A DNA stretch of 63,904 bases, the filler included, from Octopus bimaculoides (Eukaryota): the NCBI RefSeq assembly GCF_001194135.2. It is 4 parts of 4 records of this genome, joined end to end, with 100 filler letters (N's around TTAATTAATTAA, not from the genome) between each part and the next. Parts side by side here need not be neighbours in the genome. Positions count along the whole stretch, not along the records: positions 1 to 29,745 come from NC_069003.1; positions 29,846 to 42,957 come from NC_068987.1; 2 more parts are not named here. One strand, given 5' to 3'. The position numbers and the translations under genes are program-made. Positions 23,608 through 36,389 of this stretch are shown in pieces; the stretch's first letter is position 1; the number at the start of each line of letters is the position of its first letter. The notes beneath the pieces are model-generated. The model was not told the DNA's origin. It made no database searches and worked only from the letters and a program-made list of their open reading frames with translations.

Positions 23608-26085
23608 TATATATATACATGTGTATGTACATATGCATTGATTTTTATGGATGTATAAGCATGTGTGTAGATATATATATTTACATATGCATATAGTTAT
23701 ACTTGCGCATGCTTGAGCACGATCAAACATAAGACACACACACACACACACACACATACACGAGTGCACACCTGCAGGTACACACATACGTAAACACACA
23801 CATATTTGTGAGACATACGTGAACACAACAACCATCCAACCATCCACCAATTCATGCATACAAGTGGCTTGCGCACATTAAGAATTAAGTCATCTATTAG
23901 TCCCTTACGTTGCCATGGCAACCTTTTTCTTGCCTCAGTCATAAACGTGAGAGTGTAGGTGCGACTGGGGACGGTTAAAATGATGAATGTAAAATTACTG
24001 TAGCAACAAAGTAAATATATACATATTTAACGAAAAAAAAATGGATGTGATGGATGTTTGGGTGAATGGGGGGATGGACGGACGAGGGGCGAAGGTGCTG
24101 GTATATTTATTTCCGTTTCTATGTGCACCATTTCTGTTACACACGCAGGCATACATGCTTGTGCGTGTGTGCTTGTGTGCATGTGTGTATATACATATAT
24201 ATATATAAATATATATATAGCTACACACACATTATATATATAAATTTATATATATATANNNNNNNNNNNNNNNNNNNNNNNNNNNNNNNNNNNNNNNNNN
24301 NNNNNNNNNNNNNNNNNNNNNNNNNNNNNNNNNNNNNNNNNNNNNNNNNNNNNNNNNNNNNNNNNNNNNNNNNNNNNNNNNNNNNNNNNNNNNNNNNNNN
24401 NNNNNNNNNNNNNNNNNNNNNNNNNNNNNNNNNNNNNNNNNNNNNNNNNNNNNNNNNNNNNNNNNNNNNNNNNNNNNNNNNNNNNNNNNNNNNNNNNNNN
24501 NNNNNNNNNNNNNNNNNNNNNNNNNNNNNNNNNNNNNNNNNNNNNNNNNNNNNNNNNNNNNNNNNNNNNNNNNNNNNNNNNNNNNNNNNNNNNNNNNNNN
24601 NNNNNNNNNNNNNNNNNNNNNAAAGAAAGAAAGAGAGAGAAAGAGATTTACAATCATGCATACATGAAGCATAGAGAGGTTCATACATACGCACATCATG
24701 AATGTATGCATTCAAAAGGTCATTCATACAAACATCTGTGCATGCATACATGTATACGTATCTACCTCTATAATAATATTTACATTCATTCATGTTTGTA
24801 TCTATCTATGAATACGTATATGCGTGTATATATATGTATATATATATTTATATATGTGTGTGTCATTGTGTATATATATGTATATATATATGTATGAGTG
24901 TGTATATATATATGTATGAATTTATGTATGTATGCGTGCATATATAAATAGATATTGAGTGTGAAGAGTTGCATATTTAGTGTCGAAGAGTCATGTCTAT
25001 ACGGCGAATACTTTTTGTAGTACTGACGTATTACCACAATCATTGTTGCGAATTCTTTTACTAATCTATTTCTGTTGAAACACACTGCTTTTTGTTTCAT
25101 TTAATTTCTAAATAAATATAGAATTTAGTAAAATATGTTTATCATTTATGTAATTAGTATCTAGGAAATAAATCGAAATTTTGATGAAAGAGTTTTTAAT
25201 TTCGATTACTTTAAAAGAAGATATTTAAATCATAAAGAATACCGGTAGTCTTTGGTGAGCCACAGAAGACATAGACTGATAGAGTCATACAATATTTAAT
25301 CCTTTTGTTACCAAATTTCTGTTGAAACGCACTGCCTTTGTTTCACTGAATCTTAAAAGATAATGAACAATTTACTAAAAATAACTTTACCATTATATAG
25401 CTGGTATTTGGGGCATAAATCACCATGAAATTTAATGGAAGCGGTTTTGGTTTAGACAACTTCATAATTGTAAGTTCGTATGATGGAACCAGAAGCGGTT
25501 TTAGGTTGTCATCAAGATTTCTTTATCGAGGTTTGTGTTGGTATTCCTCTCAAATATTTTATTCACCATTCAAGATCAACACGAACTACACCAGAGCTGA
25601 ACCGAAGTAAAACATCAGAAAAAATGGTTCATAGTACAACACACTCTGCATTCTTAACAGCAGATAAAAACCGAAACTAAAAGACATCTTTTTAATTGCG
25701 AACTCAGTAATGATTGATTTAATTGTTACAAAATAGTAAAAGCAAAAAACATCCCTGTGATGGATATATTAAAAGAATTAAACTACATTAAGGAGCTGGA
25801 GTAGTGGCGGGATCTTCAACCGGAATCACATACATCAACAGTTACAATTTATGGAATGCAAAAGGAGGTAGAGATCCATGATCGTAATTGTAATACGTTA
25901 ATAATTAATGTAATTTTATTTTTCAAACTCAAAATACTGCGTAAATGACACCATGGGAATATTTTCCTAAAACAGATTTTGGCCAGAACACGATTGACAC
26001 GATGTTTCACAAAAGAACTGCTTCCTACAGAAAAGAGTGTTTCTTCGCAAAGGAGGTATCATTAACTCTGTCAGTAGGTATAATG

Positions 26086-26146
<61 letters not shown>

Positions 26147-26149
26147 TAA

Positions 26150-26204
<55 letters not shown>

Positions 26205-26214
26205 AAAATATATA

Positions 26215-26875
26215 TGGAGAGAATGTGTCAGAAAAATGTAGAGCCTGTGGAACTTGGAACGAGACATTAGCACACATTATGGGAGAATACACCAAGTTGG
26301 CACAGGAAGAATATAAGAAATGGAGGCACGACCAGGTTGTAAGAGTTTTGCACTGGAAACTGTGCCAGAAATGGGGATTTGAAGCTGGAAACACATGGTA
26401 CAATCATCGAGTCGAGTCGGAAACATGTAAGAATTTGTGGGTCTTTCCTATTCAAGCAGACAATGAGTTAAAAGATAATAGACCGGTCATAACAGTTATA
26501 GATAAGGAAAAGCGAAGTTGTTTACTTATCGACAACTCATGTCCGTCTGATTCGAATATCGTAAGGAAAGGAAGAGAAAAGCGAAAAATTACAATCCCTT
26601 AAAATTTGAAACAGGAAGATTTTGGAGCATGAGAACGGTAAAGATCGTGTCTGTAAGAATTGGTGCGTTGGGAACAGTAAGCAAAGATATAGACTAGTGG
26701 CTGAAGGAGACTGGAATGGCCGGTAGAGCTCCTACAGAGAGTTTGTCTCCTAGGGACAACAAGGACAATCAAAGAGGCTTCTAAGCACTTGTGGGCACCT
26801 AAGGTTACAGGTGGAAACCCGCTTCCCACATAAATCCCTACCAGGAATAAGACCGAACCTAAGCCAAGCAAAAAT
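26215..26875 (+). mobile_element. Dong/R4-like non-LTR 3' fragment (zinc knuckle plus RLE) following an (AAT)n array
   Basis: KCRACGTWNETLAHIMGEYTKLAQEEYKKWRHDQVVRVLHWKLC...LWVFPIQADNELKDNRPVITVIDK...LIDNSCPSD. Confidence 0.85.
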
Positions 26876-26899
26876 AACTATAGTTATAATGATAATGAT

Positions 26900-27180
26900 G
26901 GACTCTCCCGTCAGAGACGACATAAGTGTTCAGCTTTTATCGAACGACCTGCACAAAAGGTTTGTTTATAGCAATCAAATGTTCGTGCTGCATCACTCTC
27001 TCCATCAAATCCACGCTGTCTAAACAGGTGCACGGTGAAACACGCGTGAAGTGTCGAAGTGATAGCAGAGCAACGTGAGATGAAGTGCTTTGCTTTAAAG
27101 AACACAACGTACCACCTGGTCAAGGAATTGAAAACACGATGTCGCGATATTGGGTGCAACACCCTATCCATTAAGCCAAA
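26900..27180 (-). mobile_element. Degenerate tRNA-derived SINE
   Basis: Minus head ggcttaatggatagggtgttgcac...gttttcaattccttgaccagg...gcaaagcacttcatctcacgttgctc. Confidence 0.55.
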
Positions 27181-27240
27181 TAACAAGAGCAGCAGCAGTA
27201 GCTGCAACAGCGACAAATACAACAACAACAACAACAAGAA

Positions 27241-29160
27241 TAATGAGCAAACATCTGGAAGAAAACAACCTATTTCCGGAAGAGCAGAAGGGATGCTGCA
27301 AGGACTCATACGGATGTAAAGATCAGCTATTAATCAATAAAGCCATAACTAAAGACAGCCGAAGAAAGGAGAAGGGTCTACATATGGCTTGGAAGGATTA
27401 CCGAAAGGCTTTTGATAGTATTCCCCAGAAACACTAACCATGAATAAGATAGCATCAAGAATTATAAAATATATAAAACATTTCATGAATTAATGGCAAA
27501 CAGTGTTACAGCTCTAGAGAAAAGAAGGACTCATAAAACCAAAGCCATCCCCATTGGAAGAGGAATATTTCAGGGAGAAACAATCTCTCCACTCCTTTTC
27601 TGCTTGGCACTGACACCCTTATCTGATATGCTAAGCAGAACTGGATGTGGATGCAATTGTGGCGGCAAAACAATCCACCATCTCTTGTAAATAGGTGATC
27701 TAAACCCGTAGGATCAAATGATAAACATTACTACAGAATGTACATGAATTTACCAAAGAAATAAATTTGAAGTCTGGCTTAGAAAAATATGCCAAAGCAA
27801 CTTTGAAAAGAGGAAAAGTAGTTAAGAATAATAACATCACACTAGATAAAGCAAATGAAATAAGAGAATTAGACCAAAGCCAGACATACAAATATTTAGG
27901 AATCAACGAACTAGATACAACACATACAAATGAAAGAGAAGATAAGAAAGGAATACTATAGCCGAGTTAGATTAATACTGAAAACGGAGCTTAATGCAAA
28001 AACATGATAATAAGTATCAACACTCTAGCTGTCCTAGTTATAAGCTACAGCTACAATATTCTTAACTGAACTCTAAATGAACTAATCAAAACAGAGAGGA
28101 AAACAAGAAAAATAATGACAGGATTTAGGATGCACCATCGAAAATCTGACATAGAAAGATTATATATTCAACGTATTGAAGGTGGTAGAGGCCTTATACA
28201 GCTAGAAAAATGTTATAAAATAACCACCATAGCCACAAAACACGAGCAAAACTAAAAACTGCTTTTTGTCTTTCAGGAAGCTGAAAGATACAAGAAAAAA
28301 AATAGTACTTGACAACTATGGGGAAAAAGAAGAAACATCAAAAGATGTAAAACAACTGAAATCCAAACTAAAACTCGAACAGCAGCATATCATGATAAAA
28401 CGATGACAAGAAAAGCCTCTAAGAGGCAAACGAAATAGACAAAGCAAAATCCCAACAATGGTTGAGAAGCTCAGGTCTTAAAGCAGAGACTGAAAGATTT
28501 TTGATAGCAGCAGAAGACCAAAGTCTTCCCACCAGAAATTACCAAAAACATGTAATGAAAAGAAATACAAGTAACTGCAGAATATGTAGTGATGGAGAAT
28601 AAACAATAAATTATATTGTCTCTAGCTGTCCAGTCTTGACTATGAAAGAATATATTCACACAAATTACAGAGTTGGGACCTATACACCCTGGAAGCTATA
28701 CCATCCCTATGAAATGACAGCAGAAAAAAAGATGGCACACCCCAGAAAAGGTCACTAAAATGAAAAAGCAAACATACTCTGGGATATGCCAATACACACA
28801 GATAAGGAAATCAAGGCTAAGAGACCGATATAGTTGTCAAAGATCGCCAAGGAAAAAGATGCCTTCTAATCGGTGTATCAATACCAACAAATGCCAGCGT
28901 TTCTCTAAAAGAAACGGAGAAATTTCAAAATACAAAGACCTGGAAAGAGAGGTAACTCGAATGTGGAGACTAAAAACAGAAACAATTCCTACACTAATAA
29001 TTGCATTAAGAATGCTAAAAAAACAAAAACATTCAGACCAGGACTTACAAGTGTATACAACATACATAAAATAGCACTACCAGGCACCGCACACATCCTG
29101 CATAAAGCACTTTCAACAAACCACAAAACATGACCATGGCACAGAGACTGCGCTCGGTAG
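27241..29160 (+). mobile_element. Degraded Dong/R4-like non-LTR retrotransposon (RT, CCHC, RLE) between (AAC)n arrays
   Basis: EEQKGC...[10 protein letters not shown]...[14 protein letters not shown]...RGIFQGETISPLLFCLAL...YKYLGI...CRICS...ILWDMPIHTDKEIKAKRPDIVVKD...KYKDLEREVTRMW; many stops and frameshifts. Confidence 0.9.
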
Positions 29161-29195
29161 TGCAATAAAAGTACGTGATGAAAATAAAACTACTG

Positions 29196-29272
<77 letters not shown>

Positions 29273-29276
<4 letters not shown>

Positions 29277-29530
29277 AAGATGTGGCAACTACGAAAGTCA
29301 AACATGAAGGTTTTCGCTATTGTCATTGGAGCATTGGGTTCAATACCACTCAATCTGAAAAAAAAAAAAATATCTGGAAACCTTAGAAATACACTACAAT
29401 CTAGATGTATTGCAAAAGTCGACATTACTTGGAACAGCACGCATATTGCGTAAAGTACTGTATGTCTGATCCCCCGGTAGACATCATATCTTCAATCAAC
29501 AACTTTACGATATTCTATACAGTGCGACGT
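29273..29530 (+). mobile_element. Dong/R4-like extreme 3' fragment between (AAT)n arrays
   Basis: KMWQLRKSNMKVFAIVIGALGSIP...LQKSTLLGTARILRKVL across a frameshift. Confidence 0.75.
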
Positions 29531-29531
29531 C

Positions 29532-29590
<59 letters not shown>

Positions 29591-29595
29591 TAAAC

Positions 29596-29745
29596 CTTTC
29601 TACTAAAGGCACAAGTCCTGAAAGTTTTGGGGAGGAGATTTGTCGATTTCATCGACTCTAATGCTCGACTGGTACTTATTTTATCGACCTTCATAGGATG
29701 AAAGGCAAAGTTGACCTTGGCGGTATTTGAACTCAGAATGCAAAG
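29596..29745 (-). mobile_element. SINE family A fragment
   Basis: gatgaaaggcaaagttgaccttggcggtatttgaactcagaa is the reverse complement of the family core. Confidence 0.75.
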
Positions 29746-29845
29746 NNNNNNNNNNNNNNNNNNNNNNNNNNNNNNNNNNNNNNNNNNNNTTAATTAATTA
29801 ANNNNNNNNNNNNNNNNNNNNNNNNNNNNNNNNNNNNNNNNNNNN
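29746..29845. other. Synthetic assembly join marker N44-TTAATTAATTAA-N44 (also at 42958-43057 and 57065-57164)
   Basis: Identical 100-nt layout three times. TTAATTAATTAA gives stops in all six frames. Confidence 0.95.
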
Positions 29846-30450
29846 CTGTTCAGTATTCCTTATATGGTATTGGCATCAATTACTACCTAGTTTGTGCAAT
29901 TGCCGCCGCCTAGTTTGATGCAGAGTGTAGTAAGAATTTCAGGAATCATCTATTGAATTATATATGGTGACGATGGTGGTGTTGGTGGTGTTGTTGTTGT
30001 TGTTGTTGTTGGTGGTGGTGGAGGATCTCCGTCATCCGACGATGAAGATTCAGTAGTTTCATCGATCGAATTAAACTGCTCCTGAGTGTCCGAGCATTCC
30101 ACGATCGTGTGCCCTTAATGTAGTTTACGGGCAGAATTAGCGTAACACAGAATATGACAAGGTCGTACCTTTTGAATTACTGGTACAAACTCAACTGACG
30201 GGCTTCTTTACAGTTTCCGTCTATATAGGTTCATTCACGAGTTACGAGTCGAATGGAAATTAAGGAAAATGACAATTAATCAAAATGCCGAGCAGTGAGA
30301 TCGAACCTTACACCTCTTAGTTACGAAACGAAGTTCTCGACCATTCAGCCATACTGCGCCTACCACACACATACACACATACATATGTGTAAATATAGAT
30401 TTATATATTTGCATATACATAATTTAATAATTAAGGATACTCACAAGGTG

Positions 30451-30555
30451 TATGGCAGTCAAAATGACCAAACCACAAATTTTCACTTAAAGACACAGAT
30501 GATTCACCTTTGTGTTTAAGTGAAAATTTGTGGTTTGGTCATTTTGACTGCTATA
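30451..30555. repeat. Short near-perfect hairpin (about 45-bp arms, 13-nt loop)
   Basis: tatggcagtcaaaatgaccaaaccacaaattttcacttaaa(ga)caca pairs with tgtgtttaagtgaaaatttgtggtttggtcattttgactgctata. Confidence 0.9.
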
Positions 30556-30671
30556 TCTAGCATGCCGGTACTACCTGTTAGTACCCTTAATTATTAAATG
30601 ATAATTTTTTTCTGTTATAGTTTTTTTTTACGTATGTTAAGCCACTGATGTTATTATAAACAGTATATATC

Positions 30672-30729
<58 letters not shown>

Positions 30730-30821
30730 TATATATATAAACATACATGTATATATGTATATGTATGTATATATACATGTATGTGTGTGTGTGTCGTGTG
30801 TGTTGCGCATACATATACATA

Positions 30822-30856
<35 letters not shown>

Positions 30857-30894
30857 AATATCAGATGAGAAAGATGCGCTTCCTTGGTCTTAAT

Positions 30895-32170
30895 TGATAT
30901 ATTTAATCAAGATATTTCCTCCCCCACATTATTGATTACATAATCCCATTTATTTGGCAAATTGTTGATTCCCTGGGCATGAAATTGTTCTGGTTTCGGA
31001 GCAAAAAAACACTCATTATCATCTTTAACCTTTTCACAATTAATAAACTGTTTTCCTTCTAAATAATGTTGCAATGATTTATTAAGATGGTAGTCATTTG
31101 AAGCAAGACCAAGAGAGTAAGAAGATAAGTCAAAACGTCCATATTGAGTGCCATAATCCTTTCCTGAGGGACATGGGTTTTGCATTATCATATAAGAGCA
31201 AAGCACTTTTAGATTGACCAATGATGAACAATTTTTCTGCAGGTGTTTGTACAATGCTTCCAAATGATAATACTTGTTCGAATTAACTGTATAATTTTGG
31301 CTTAACACTTCAAAATAAACAAAACCTTTCACATCCCACTGAACATACAACATGATCTTTTTCGGATATAGTCCTGGTTTGCGGATGGACTTTCCTTTTT
31401 TTCTTTGTGTGGTAACCATGGTCGTTTTCGTTGGATGCGATAATAGAGAATCCACTTTTCGTCACTCGTGACAATTATACATAGGAGGAGTTTGGCATCA
31501 AGTCTACACTTCAATGACGAACAGAAGGCAACTCCTTGATCAGGCTGAGAAGCAGTCAGATGATGGCGGAACCTACTGAGCAAGTCTAGTCACATTTCTT
31601 AGTTCATGAAGGTGTTTTATGATTGAAGTGTGACTTGAATTGAACTATTTTTACTAATTCTCATGCAGTTTGCTTTGGATGTTCCTCAACTACGGTTTTC
31701 AGGAGGTCAGTATTTACAGAATATAAGGCAGTGAGCTAGAAAAATCGTTAGCACGCTGAGAGAAATGCATAGCGTCATATCTTTTGTCTTTACGTTCTGA
31801 GTTCAAATTCAACCGAGGTCGACTTTATCTTTCATTCTTTCGAGATCCATAAAATAAGAACCAGTTAAGTACTGGGATCGATATAGTTGACCCGCCCGCT
31901 CCCCCGAATTTGATGGCATTGTCCCAAAGTTTGAAATCAATATTTTCAGAACCTGTTCGTTCGGATCGGGACTGGGCAAATCGTCGAGTGAAAAAGTTTG
32001 CGATATCAAATCATCGTTGCCATTCCCGGACACATAAAGATTCATTTCCATAGACAAACGAGTACTACTTGCCGCTTCCATTGCTGAAAAGCTCCTTTTG
32101 AATTCATACCGCATGGTTTGTCTAATATGGGTCTGAGTGTGCATAATGTAGATTTAACTAATAAAGAAGT
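30895..32170 (-). mobile_element. Near full-length degraded mariner transposase (DD34D) interrupted by a SINE
   Basis: N-terminus HIRQTMRYEFKRSFSAMEAA...FSLDDLP, then IVTSDEKWILY...KKIMLYVQWDVKGFVYFEVL...YDNAKP...SYSLGLASNDYHL...GINNLPNKWDYVI. Confidence 0.9.
31726..31940 (+). mobile_element. SINE family A inserted into the mariner, with an 11-bp target-site duplication
   Basis: tatttacagaa (31711-31721) and tattttcagaa (31941-31951) flank the SINE; mariner coding resumes on both sides. Confidence 0.8.
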
Positions 32171-32960
32171 AGAGTAAATGTTTATTGTAGACATCAGGAT
32201 GTTCAATAGCTCACAATGATCTGTAGGTTGTGTGTAATATGGTGCGTGTGACTTATTGGCTTTTACAATAAATTTGTTCGTTTTTATTTCTTAATACGAA
32301 TGACGTTTGCACATGTGGGTTTATGTATTTGAGTTTGTGAATGCGTGTTTCTATAATTATTTGGACGATTGTTTTTTGGTAGTTAGGAGGCATATTTTGG
32401 CTATTATAAATAAAAAAATTAGGAAATTGAATTTATTTTTGAAATGGAACGGAGTTTCAAAATACAAAAAGCTCGGTTTAAATATTTTGTTATTTAGTAT
32501 TCAAACTATACGTATGCCTATATACACGTATACATATATTTCATGCACGCGTGAGCACGCATATATGGGTATGATGACCAAGGACTTATGAGAAAGATGC
32601 GGTGATGTCTACTATCTAACCTGCCCTCTCCGCCCCTTATCTTACTCCATTCACCATTATCTATACCAATGTCACTGCTGTCATTTCCGCCACTACCTCT
32701 ACTATAATAACCAATAATTTATGGCTTACTATTTAAGTTGCTTCCTTTACTGTTACACAAGGGGAGAGGAACACTGATAGGAATACAAACACATTTAAAT
32801 GTGTATGCATGTATAATGTATATATGAATGTGTGTGTATGTGTTTAGTTCTGTACGTATACATAATCTATGCATTTATTTAGGTCTATGCATTTATTTAG
32901 GTCAGTGATAACAATTATAATTCATTAACGCTGAATTTCCACAAAGACAAAAATATATCT

Positions 32961-33350
32961 ATCTATACTATAATGGAGAAAGCCGCTTATTAATTAGGTA
33001 TGTAACAATTACTAAAAGTACTAACAAAAAGCAATTATTAAAGGGTTTCTCAAGTTTATTGAATTTTTAAAACTCCAATTTCTCGCAAATTTAAATATTG
33101 ATTGCATTCACTGCGTCCAACGCAGTGAATGCAATGAATATTTAAATTTTCTTCAAATTTAAATATTCGTTGCATTCACCGCGGTGTATTCTATTTTCGT
33201 TTGCAAAGTCTCTCATTTTCTCTTTTAAGTTTTAATTTGCTATTAATGCATACGTAATGTAAAAACATTATTTATTGAATGAGAATTTAAAAAAAATACC
33301 CGTATTATTTTTCAACGCGGGAAAGCTGCAAGAAGAGCCTAGAGAGTTGG
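32961..33350 (+). mobile_element. Possible non-autonomous Helitron-like element with an internal 30-bp hairpin
   Basis: Starts a|TCTATACTATAAT and has a CTAG at about 33339-33342. Hairpin aaatttaaatattgattgcattcactgcgt-cca-acgcagtgaatgcaatgaatatttaaattt at about 33087-33149, with a third partial arm after it. Confidence 0.35.
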
Positions 33351-33489
33351 GTAACTACTATTAGAAGACGAGGAGAAAAAAAAATTACCGACAAATACCC
33401 GAAACTTGCACCTTATTCACAGTTTCCAAACACTCTCTACTACTAAGCCAATATATACACAAACAAGTTGCACGAGCGACTTCAACAGT

Positions 33490-33532
<43 letters not shown>

Positions 33533-33588
33533 ATACACACTCGTATACACATAGATACGCATACGCACAAATGAAAGGCAATGAATGT

Positions 33589-33638
<50 letters not shown>

Positions 33639-35242
33639 TGTTCACTGACAACATGCTGCATCACTTTTGTGAAGTTTTGTCAGTGAACAGGTTGCAGTTT
33701 TAAAGCGACAAAAATATTTTGACACAAATGAAGTTTTAATGTTGAAGTAAAATTAATGGTATTTGTGAGTTTTTGAATGGCTTAAAGACATCTTCCACAC
33801 TGCAATTGGTTTCGTTTCAGCACACGATCTCAGATCAAGTCACTTGCTATGCAAGTACATCTTCGTAGTTTTTAAAAAAAATCACTGTGGNNNNNNNNNN
33901 NNNNNNNNNNNNNNNNNNNNNNNNNNNNNNNNNNNNNNNNNNNNNNNNNNNNNNNNNNNNNNNNNNNNNNNNNNNNNNNNNNNNNNNNNNNNNNNNNNNN
34001 NNNNNNNNNNNNNNNNNNNNNNNNNNNNNNNNNNNNNNNNNNNNNNNNNNNNNNNNNNNNNNNNNNNNNNNNNNNNNNNNNNNNNNNNNNNNNNNNNNNN
34101 NNNNNNNNNNNNNNNNNNNNNNNNNNNNNNNNNNNNNNNNNNNNNNNNNNNNNNNNNNNNNNNNNNNNNNNNNNNNNNNNNNNNNNNNNNNNNNNNNNNN
34201 NNNNNNNNNNNNNNNNNNNNNNNNNNNNNNNNNNNNNNNNNNNNNNNNNNNNNNNNNNNNNNNNNNNNNNNNNNNNNNNNNNNNNNNNNNNNNNNNNNNN
34301 NNNNNNNNNNNNNNNNNNNNNNNNNNNNNNNNNNNNNNNNNNNNNNNNNNNNNNAAAAAAAAAAAATTAAAAATTGGCCTAAATAGATCTGGAGTGGGAT
34401 GATGAGGGAGGGGATATAATAAACAAAGAGTTTTCAAAACTTTTTTCATAGAAAGGTGCACCCCCAACTTTTTTCATACAAAGATGCACCCCCAACATTT
34501 CAAAAGCTGTGGCTTAAAAAAAATGAGGAAAATCCCCGAAAAAATGTTCCCCATAAATTTCTTTATAATCGTAATCTATGCCGTTTGAAAGGGATTTGTA
34601 TAAATTTTCTTTAAAAGATACCCGTTGTAAGGACTGTGGGATGTGAGGTGACGGGAATGACTCTTTAGTACCACATCACACATCCCTTACAATAAGGAGA
34701 AAATAGATAGAACCATTTACTTTCCAAATGGAAAAAGGAGAATGTTTATTGATATGTTATCATGTATGTCCGTGTGTGCGTCATGTATACAGAATAATAG
34801 ACAGGCCGTCATGATAACAAAATGTATGTGTGCGTGTAAGCATAGATGTATATCAGTTCGTAGTCAAAGGTACACGGTAGTTGAAATACTGTATCAAGAA
34901 GTCGCGGCCATGATGCTGAGCCGGTTGCAGGTACATGTCGTACGTGATGTCGTGGCTGTGATGCTATTGCCTGGGTCACTGGGTACAGGAGTTCTTGCAG
35001 GTTGTATGTTAGCTGTTGATCCATGGTGAAGTAATTCACGAACAGTGAAGTGTTGGAATCTGTGTGAATTGCTTGCTGAGCTGTGTACGTAGAGAGATGA
35101 TGTTGACGACGTTGAGAAGGACATAATGGTGGCGACGAAGAAGGAGGTTGCCGTAATGCTTTTGGACGAAGTTGGTGAGTCTCAACGTGACAGCTGTGGT
35201 ATTGTCGCTGGAACTGGCTGTGTCTCTGTGGTCAGTGACTAG

Positions 35243-35904
35243 ACTTTAAAAGGACTGGAACCAAAACACTTCGAAACGAGTAGGTAAGTTTTTATAAGGA
35301 ACTGTAGGCTCAAAACAGGGTAGAGAACAGGCTGTCCCACGTGATCGTATTTAGGGACTCCGACTGGTTATACACGGCAGATTGGCGCAATCAAGTAAGA
35401 GACGATTTGCGCCATTACCAACCGATCAGAGTAGTGGACGCAACGGATTCCAAATAGCAGCCGAAAGCTAGCTGTTCCATGCTACGTTCGAATGCACGTA
35501 TATGTAATAAATAGGAGAGAGGAATTTCACCAGAGTCTACGCTACACCATCTTCCTGAAAGTTATGAGGGAAAAGTCAGATCGTGTGAATTTTCTCGGTA
35601 AAATTCTTTCCCATAAATCTTTATATACTCTGAAGCCACAACATGTAAGCGGTATTTGTAGAAAATTTTGTTAAAAAGTATCGATTTTTCTGGATGTTAT
35701 GAGGCAACAAATCGGGGGCGTATACATCTGTAATAATGCCCTTTTATTCATACGATTGTTTCATTTCATGTTTATTTCATTCATCGTTTGCAATGTTCTC
35801 TTCCCATTCTTTCTCTCTCTCCCTCTCCCCCTCTCTCTCACACACACTGCAAAGCTTACAGATGGGCTGCTGAATTGAAATCTCTATGTCGCTTTGAGGG
35901 GAAG
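35243..35904 (+). CDS. Candidate pair of small coding exons (35243-35283 and 35862-35904) of an unidentified host gene
   Basis: AG/GT boundaries (donors AG|GTAAGT and AAG|GTAAAA) and a phase-compatible join give TLKGLEPKHFETSRWAAELKSLCRFEGK. No homology recognised. Confidence 0.25.
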
Positions 35905-36389
35905 GTAAAACTTGACGACAAACTGCTTCTCCCTCTGTTGTTGGACTAACGTGATGTTTTTTTAAAAAGAGAGATTATGACTGTAATAAAATAATGAAAA
36001 CAATATTTACTAAGCAAGTGAGCACCATCATACAAACAAATAATTAGACATAAAATATAAAAATTATTAGAATTGGGAATCAAATGTAAAATTGCCGTTC
36101 CTAACACCAACCATTCAGCAGAGTGGACCGAGCGCTTTTTACGTGGAACCAGCACAGGTGAGGTCAGTTTTTGCGTGGTTTTTCAACTGGATGTCTTTCC
36201 AAATGCCAACCTCTTTACAGTGTGTACTGAATGCTTTTTACGTGCATAAATATATACATACGTACATATATACATACAGAAATACAGACACGTGACCTCA
36301 GGAACTTTTTGTATGCAATAAATCGAAAACTTACAATGTTTCTGTTCTCCCAGTGCTTCATATCAACATTTGTGCTACTCGACTGAATA

